From: an uncultured Candidatus Bathyarchaeia archaeon
GTDB taxonomy: Archaea; Thermoproteota; Bathyarchaeia; TCS64
Assembly (NCBI GenBank): GCA_964587735.1
Contig: CAZPMB010000003.1
Span: 1-50,774 of the forward strand
Direction of reading: 5' to 3'
Length of the DNA: 50,774 nucleotides
A program made the translations under genes and the position numbers. Below are positions 45,644 through 50,774 of this stretch, in pieces; within the stretch, counting starts at the first letter, position 1, and each line of letters opens with the position of its first letter. The notes beneath the pieces are model-generated. The model saw only the letters and a list, made by a program, of their open reading frames with translations, was not told the origin of the DNA and made no database searches.

Positions 45644-46429
45644 CTACATCTTCAACAGGTCGATGAGTGCGTTACTGCCGAATGCGTAGATGACGACCCC
45701 GACGAACATCAGTATCAGCGCGACGATTTTGCCCAGATCCTGCCCCCTGATGCTGCCCGCCTGCAGCGGGTCCTTTGACAGATAGGCGCCCGCGGCGTAG
45801 ATCTCCTCCGCTATGAGGAGGTAGTCGCAAACGACGGCAAAGAATGGGATCTGGTACCCCCTCGCCGTCCCGGCCAGCTGTATCGCCCCGATCCTGAAGA
45901 AGGTCTCCGAGAACAGCATGGACTCCGCGTAGAATGGACCGATCATTATGTTCGCCGCCGGGCGCTCCCTCTCGGCGATTCCCTGCACGGCTGATGCGTA
46001 CGCGAATTGTTCGCCCGAAAGGTACCTGATCTGGTCCTCCGCGTTGAACTCCTCAATCTTGCCGGCCCTGATATAAGCATCCCTCATCAGCTCCGTCGCG
46101 ATCGGCATCACCTGGGCCGCATAGACAGAGTAGATGATCTTTACACCGTACTTGGCGGCCATCTCAGAGGCGTATCCCAGCACGGCCAAGCCGGCAACGA
46201 GCTGCGGCGCGACGGATTCAGTCAGGCTGCCCAGGCCCGTTGTGAAGTGCACGGGCCTGTTCATCTCCGTTGCCCTCCCCATCATCTCGGGCAACGCGTC
46301 GAGGCCTGGGAGCCTGCGGAAGGTTGGTAGCTTCTTCTTGGCCAGCTCCATACCGCCGATTATGAATATCCATAGAACTGCCAGCATTCCGAGCGCGAAG
46401 ATTCTTCCTGTGACTAACACAGAATTCAC
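45644..46429 (-). CDS. Cassette A subunit 1: DUF6754-like protein
   Basis: RRLPGLDALPEMMGRATEMNRP, CDYLLIAEEIYAAGA, terminal TMs. Confidence 0.82.
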   Translation of the reverse strand: MNSVLVTGRIFALGMLAVLWIFIIGGMELAKKKLPTFRRLPGLDALPEMMGRATEMNRPVHFTTGLGSLTESVAPQLVAGLAVLGYASEMAAKYGVKIIYSVYAAQVMPIATELMRDAYIRAGKIEEFNAEDQIRYLSGEQFAYASAVQGIAERERPAANIMIGPFYAESMLFSETFFRIGAIQLAGTARGYQIPFFAVVCDYLLIAEEIYAAGAYLSKDPLQAGSIRGQDLGKIVALILMFVGVVIYAFGSNALIDLLKM

Positions 46430-46598
46430 CTTTCTTTTCAGTTAAATATAATCTATTTACCCGTTATAACACTTTTCAGGATACATGGACAAATTGGAAA
46501 TTTAATCACGCAGCGTGGTTAACTTCCGATGGAATTGTGGATACCATTTTAATTTAACCTGTCTGAGATGAACTTACATTAATCACTCGAAGATCATC

Positions 46599-47003
46599 TT
46601 ACTCCTTAACTAGATTCTTCCTAATCTCAGATCCATGAAACGTTTTAGCTAGGAAACCGCCAATCACTCCTCCCACAGTAAAGCTTGCGAAATACACAAT
46701 CACCCCCCAGAGAGCCTCATGATATTCAAAGACAATCAATCTGAATACTGTGTTCAACAGAAATGCCCCGAACCCGGCTCTCAACCCAACATGCACCTGC
46801 TTCGACGGCATCCTGCGCGTTAAGCCAAAGGCGCCAAGCAACGCCGCCTCAATATACACAAAGACTGACAGTATCGTATAGTTCAAAGCCGTTTGACCCG
46901 GGAAGTACAGCGAGGCGATGTATTCCCACAGCCACGAGATCCCACATGCGATCAGCGCCGCGCCAAAGTAGCTCTCAAAACCCGGGAAGGTATCTTCATT
47001 CAT
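46599..47003 (-). CDS. 4-TM membrane protein, paralog 1 (more divergent)
   Basis: SYFGAALIA..SW.W, TRRMPSKQVHVGLRA, GGVIGGFL. Confidence 0.72.
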   Translation of the reverse strand: MNEDTFPGFESYFGAALIACGISWLWEYIASLYFPGQTALNYTILSVFVYIEAALLGAFGLTRRMPSKQVHVGLRAGFGAFLLNTVFRLIVFEYHEALWGVIVYFASFTVGGVIGGFLAKTFHGSEIRKNLVKE

Positions 47004-47274
47004 TTTCTTGTCCTCAAGCCTTTTACCCGATGATTAGTCACACATTGTTTCTGTATATGCTAGAGGCTGTGAAATTAAGAGTTGTGAGTTAATCTGATGA
47101 ATTTAATTGAGATACGTTTATAGCATCTGGTGTGCCCAAGAGACGCTAATTATGCTCGTTTAGACCCAATCGACCGAAGGCAGATCGATCACAATCGACC
47201 TCCTATCACTCGGGTTATCTTCGTCTGTTGTTGGTATACGACCATCTACCCTTTAAGAGAAGATTTTATGTTAC

Positions 47275-48273
47275 ATGGCGTGTTATTTACTTGAAATGTC
47301 AACCCCGGATATCCAGAAGGTCGTCGAGGAACTGAAGAAGCAGCAGGAGATGCTCATGCACGCGTTCGACTTAGTCGAGAAGTCGGTCGACGACATCCTC
47401 TGGTTTCACCGTGTAGGGGACATTGCATCGGTCGACAAGTTCAGGATGACCGGGCCGCCCCCGAGGGTCATCCCGAATCCCACGGCCCAGGGAGCCAGAA
47501 ACCCGGTGGTCTTCTGGTCCTACACGTTCGTCCCCAAGGACATCGAATCGGGCGAGAAGCACCCGCTTCTCGTCTTCCCCCACGGGGGCGTCCACGCGAA
47601 CATGGGCTCCTCCGCCTTCCACATAGTCAGGGAGCTCATCCAGCAGGGCTACCTGATCATCGCCCCTGAGTATCGAGGGAGCACGGGGTACGGCGAGGGG
47701 TTCTACAAGCTCATCGACTACGGCGGGCTCGAGGTTGAGGACACCTACGCGGCCAGGAACTGGATGGTGGAGAACTGCGATCTCGTGGACCCGAAGCGCG
47801 TCGGCATCATCGGGTGGAGCCACGGGGGCCTCCACGTGCTGATGAACATCTTCGAGCACCCGGAGGCATACAAGGCGGCCTTCGCGGGCGTCCCCGTGAG
47901 CGACCTCGTCGCCAGGATGGGGTACAAGACCCAGCAGTACAGGGACATCTATTCGGCACCCTATCATATCGGGAAGACCGCGTACGAGGACGTTGGCGAG
48001 TACAGACGCCGATCACCTGCGTGGAACGTCGAGAAGCTCAGAACGCCCCTGCTCATCCACACGAACACGATCGACGAGGACGTCAACGTGCTCGAGGTCG
48101 AGCACCTCATCAAATCCCTGAAGGCGGCCGGAAAGGAGTTCGAGTACAGGGTCTATGAGAAAATACCCGGTGGACACGTCTTCGACAGGATTGACACAAA
48201 GTTCGCGAAGGAAGTCCGAGCCGAGATATATAGGTTCCTGGCAAAATACCTTCACCCCCCAAACCCAATGTAA
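47275..48273 (+). CDS. S9-family (prolyl oligopeptidase-like) serine peptidase
   Basis: HGG, EYRGSTGYG, GWSHGG (nucleophile Ser), DEDV, GGHVF. Alternative ATG 47296. Confidence 0.92.
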   Translation: MACYLLEMSTPDIQKVVEELKKQQEMLMHAFDLVEKSVDDILWFHRVGDIASVDKFRMTGPPPRVIPNPTAQGARNPVVFWSYTFVPKDIESGEKHPLLVFPHGGVHANMGSSAFHIVRELIQQGYLIIAPEYRGSTGYGEGFYKLIDYGGLEVEDTYAARNWMVENCDLVDPKRVGIIGWSHGGLHVLMNIFEHPEAYKAAFAGVPVSDLVARMGYKTQQYRDIYSAPYHIGKTAYEDVGEYRRRSPAWNVEKLRTPLLIHTNTIDEDVNVLEVEHLIKSLKAAGKEFEYRVYEKIPGGHVFDRIDTKFAKEVRAEIYRFLAKYLHPPNPM

Positions 48274-48323
48274 ATTCCCCTGAACGCCCTAAATCTTCAG
48301 CTTTTCACTCTTTTTTCTTCAAC

Positions 48324-49040
48324 TCAGGTTAAGATCTGTCTGATCTTCCTGAAGACGTCCATCCACATCTCCCATGTTAGCCTGCCTGTCTGTGTATTCT
48401 GCCTACTAGGATGGTATGAAGTGAAAAGGGAGGGTAAATCCTTGAACGTGTAGAGCCCTCCATGCCTGAAACGCGGTCTCTGAACTGTTTTTGGCAGTAC
48501 GTACCTGACGTAGGCGTCGAAGGCTATCCTGCCGAGGGTGAGCACAGCTTCGACTTCTGTCAGAATCCGCGCCTCCTCTCCCAGATACTCGGAGCAGTTC
48601 ATAATTTCCTCGGCTAGGGGCTTGTTCCCTGGCGGAGTGCACCTGACGGCAGCAGTGATGTAGGCGGACCTTAACCTGAGCCCATCGCCCGCGCTCACGC
48701 TCTCGGGTTGGTTCGCGAAACCGGATTCGTGCAGGGCCCTGGTCAGCCAGTCCCCGGAGCTGTCCCCAGTGAACATCCTCCCAGTCCTGTTACCGCCATG
48801 CGCCGCAGGCGCTAGGCCGATCACCAAGAGCCTCGCCTCCGGATCGCCGAAGCCGGGAAGGGGACGTCCCCAGTAGCTCCACTCACTGTACCTTCGAGCT
48901 CTCTCCCTCGAGACCTTCGAAACGTAATCTATTAGCCTTGGGCACCTACGACAAGAGATTACCCTGTTCCTAAGAGCCTCAAGAGCCCTTTTTCTTCCCA
49001 CAGCCAACTCCGTCAAGGCCCACGAAGGTATCTGCGGCAC
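48324..49040 (-). CDS. Uracil-DNA glycosylase, family 5 (UdgB type)
   Basis: CRRCPRL, GLAPAAHGGNRTGRMFTGD, RCTPPGNKP, YHPSRQNTQTG. Confidence 0.93.
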   Translation of the reverse strand: MPQIPSWALTELAVGRKRALEALRNRVISCRRCPRLIDYVSKVSRERARRYSEWSYWGRPLPGFGDPEARLLVIGLAPAAHGGNRTGRMFTGDSSGDWLTRALHESGFANQPESVSAGDGLRLRSAYITAAVRCTPPGNKPLAEEIMNCSEYLGEEARILTEVEAVLTLGRIAFDAYVRYVLPKTVQRPRFRHGGLYTFKDLPSLFTSYHPSRQNTQTGRLTWEMWMDVFRKIRQILT

Positions 49041-49082
49041 TATTAAATTAACTGGGTTCGCGCCCGGAAAAGGCGCTAATCG

Positions 49083-50774
49083 CTAACGCTGCGAATTCTC
49101 GCTGCGAGCCCACACGATCATGGGTCCTGGTTCTCGGTTTGCCCATGCATAGTACGGGATGGCCGTGAACCCAACTCGACGCCTCTTCGAAGATGTTTCA
49201 GGCATCGGCCGATACAGCTTCCCATCGAATTCGGCGTCGACTGCATAGGCGACGCCTCTAAGGGTCACCACGCCGTCCAGCATGTCGGAATTGTACCTCG
49301 CCTCTATCGGCTCACTCGTGGAGATAGCCATGTCCCAGACATCCGCGTCGGGGTTATCCGCTTGCTCCAAACAGTAGACGATGGGGCCACGCATCAGCGC
49401 CACCCGATCGGCGTTCTCCAGGACAGAGGGGTTCGACTGGATCCTCTCGACCGGCATGGGCAGATCGAGTTGAACCTCGTCCCCCTTCTCCCATGCCCGT
49501 TCCAGCCTCGCATAGGATCCTGGCTCCACTGCCACCCCGGTGGTCTCATCGTTAACGAGCAGTCCTGGCCTGCGGCACCAGCCCGGAATTCGAAGGTGCA
49601 ATGCGAAGGCCCCCCTGTTTTCAGGCTCGATAGTCAGGTTGACTTCGCCTTCCCAAGGGTAATCCGTCTCCTGCGCGACCCTAACTGTCCTTTTTCCCGG
49701 CTTGACCTGGGATGTACTGCGGGCGTAGAGGTGGATCCAGAGACCGTCTTTCGAGGAGCTGTAGAAGTAGCCGGGGAGGGAGGCAAGCATCCTCGCTATG
49801 TTCGGAGGGCAGCAAGCGCAGGTGAACCAGGCCTGCCTCCTGTGGCCGCCTCGGTCGGCGAGGGGGTTGACGTAGAAGTATTTGTCTCCGTCCAGGGATA
49901 TCCCCGACAACACCCCGTTGTACAGCGCCAGCTCCAACGCGTCTGTGTACTTCGCCTCGCCGCTCGCCTGAAGCATTCGCCAGTTCCACATAACGCTCGC
50001 GATGGCCGCGCAGGTCTCTGCGTATGCGTGGCGGCTCGGGAGCTCGTAATCTTCGCCGAAGGCCTCGCCGTCGTGCCTGGCCCCCGCGCCCCCGGTCACG
50101 TACATCCTCCGCTCGGTCATGTTAAGCCAGAGGCGCTCCAGGGCATCCCAGAGGGCCCTCTCTCCGGTCTCCATATAGATGTCAGTGGCACCGCAGTTCA
50201 GGTAGAGTGATCTAACGGCGTGGCCCGTCACCTCTTTGAGCTCCCTGAAGGGCTCGTGGTCTATGTGGTAGGCCCTGCCGCCTATGACCCCGTGTCCGCG
50301 CTGGTCGAGGAAGAAGCGGGCCAGGTCGAGGTAGGCTTCGTTCCCCGTCGTTCTGTAGAGTTCGACGAGGGCCACCTCGATCTCCGGATGTCCCGGTGTC
50401 CCCTGCTGCTTGTTAGAGCCAAAAATACTGGCAATATTGTCTGCGAAGGAGGTGGCCACGTTGAGGAGTTCTCGGTCTCCCGTGGCTCGGTGGTATGCGA
50501 TGGCGGCCTGGATGAGGTGTCCTGCGCAGTACAGTTCGTGCAGGTCCCTCAGGTTTCTCCATCGCTCGGCCTTCCTCTCGAGGGCGAAGTAGGTGTCGAG
50601 GTAGCCGTCCGCGTCTTGTGCGGCGGATACCTCTTTTATGACGCCTTGGGCCGTATTACGCAGGCCCTCGTCTGGGGAGTACGTCAGGGCGAACCCAACC
50701 GCCTCCAGCCACTTGTAGACGTCCGTGTCGTTAAAGTAGAAGCCGATAAACTCTCCTCCAACCCTTCCCGAGGC
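49083..50774 (-). CDS. Glycoside hydrolase family 127 (beta-L-arabinofuranosidase-like), 5' end beyond the right edge
   Basis: The frame stays open from the window end: FNDTDVYKWLEA, HELYCAGH, GHAVR, YAETCA, CACCPPN, YPWEG, RGPIVYCLE. Confidence 0.93.
   Translation of the reverse strand, partial: ASGRVGGEFIGFYFNDTDVYKWLEAVGFALTYSPDEGLRNTAQGVIKEVSAAQDADGYLDTYFALERKAERWRNLRDLHELYCAGHLIQAAIAYHRATGDRELLNVATSFADNIASIFGSNKQQGTPGHPEIEVALVELYRTTGNEAYLDLARFFLDQRGHGVIGGRAYHIDHEPFRELKEVTGHAVRSLYLNCGATDIYMETGERALWDALERLWLNMTERRMYVTGGAGARHDGEAFGEDYELPSRHAYAETCAAIASVMWNWRMLQASGEAKYTDALELALYNGVLSGISLDGDKYFYVNPLADRGGHRRQAWFTCACCPPNIARMLASLPGYFYSSSKDGLWIHLYARSTSQVKPGKRTVRVAQETDYPWEGEVNLTIEPENRGAFALHLRIPGWCRRPGLLVNDETTGVAVEPGSYARLERAWEKGDEVQLDLPMPVERIQSNPSVLENADRVALMRGPIVYCLEQADNPDADVWDMAISTSEPIEARYNSDMLDGVVTLRGVAYAVDAEFDGKLYRPMPETSSKRRRVGFTAIPYYAWANREPGPMIVWARSENSQR

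Noticed and set aside
1149-49060. Scattered AACTGGG motif in several intergenic regions (about 1150, 6443, 7777, 38972, 49050)
   Set aside because: Orientation and spacing to TATA boxes are inconsistent, and it is too short to separate from chance.
4977-50210. Many long antisense or alternate-frame ORFs (e.g. 4977-6059, 7514-8647, 14800-15849, 49362-50210)
   Set aside because: Expected shadows of GC-rich genes; they are low-complexity and lack motifs.
1-50774. CRISPR arrays, IS elements, selenocysteine or pyrrolysine read-through
   Set aside because: No regularly spaced repeats, no transposase motifs, and no split gene with a credible in-frame read-through found by eye.

Overview
Archaeal chromosomal window of roughly 60% GC with AT-rich TATA-box intergenic spacers. 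It is most likely Candidatus Bathyarchaeia; this is inferred from the archaeal-type TrpRS, the AbrB-PhoU regulator, RPA, apparently leaderless genes and a protein/peptide-scavenging gene load. No integrase, transposase or CRISPR array is visible. Housekeeping and metabolic genes include RPA (truncated at the left edge), an SWS1-like SWIM protein, tRNA-Pro(CGG), trpS, AlaX, pyk, lemA-htpX, a family-5 UDG, M28/M42/M20/S9 peptidases, D-aminoacylase, creatininase, a ThDP enzyme, three MFS transporters and GH127 (truncated at the right edge). The standout is a ~12.7 kb minus-strand locus (34284-47003). There, a GlmL/MutL-family ASKHA protein with a degenerate phosphate-2 motif and no B12 mutase in the window, plus a barrel-sandwich-hybrid partner, lies between two paralogous four-gene membrane cassettes (DUF6754-like, multi-TM, TM-anchored alpha/beta, multi-TM). 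Each sub-operon is headed by a paralog of one 4-TM family. This is a candidate uncharacterised membrane transport/motor complex. Other leads: a SelO-like kinase-fold protein, an unannotated 37-aa membrane microprotein, a methyltransferase remnant and several palindromic operator candidates. Family names come from motif recognition and recall, not from database searches.
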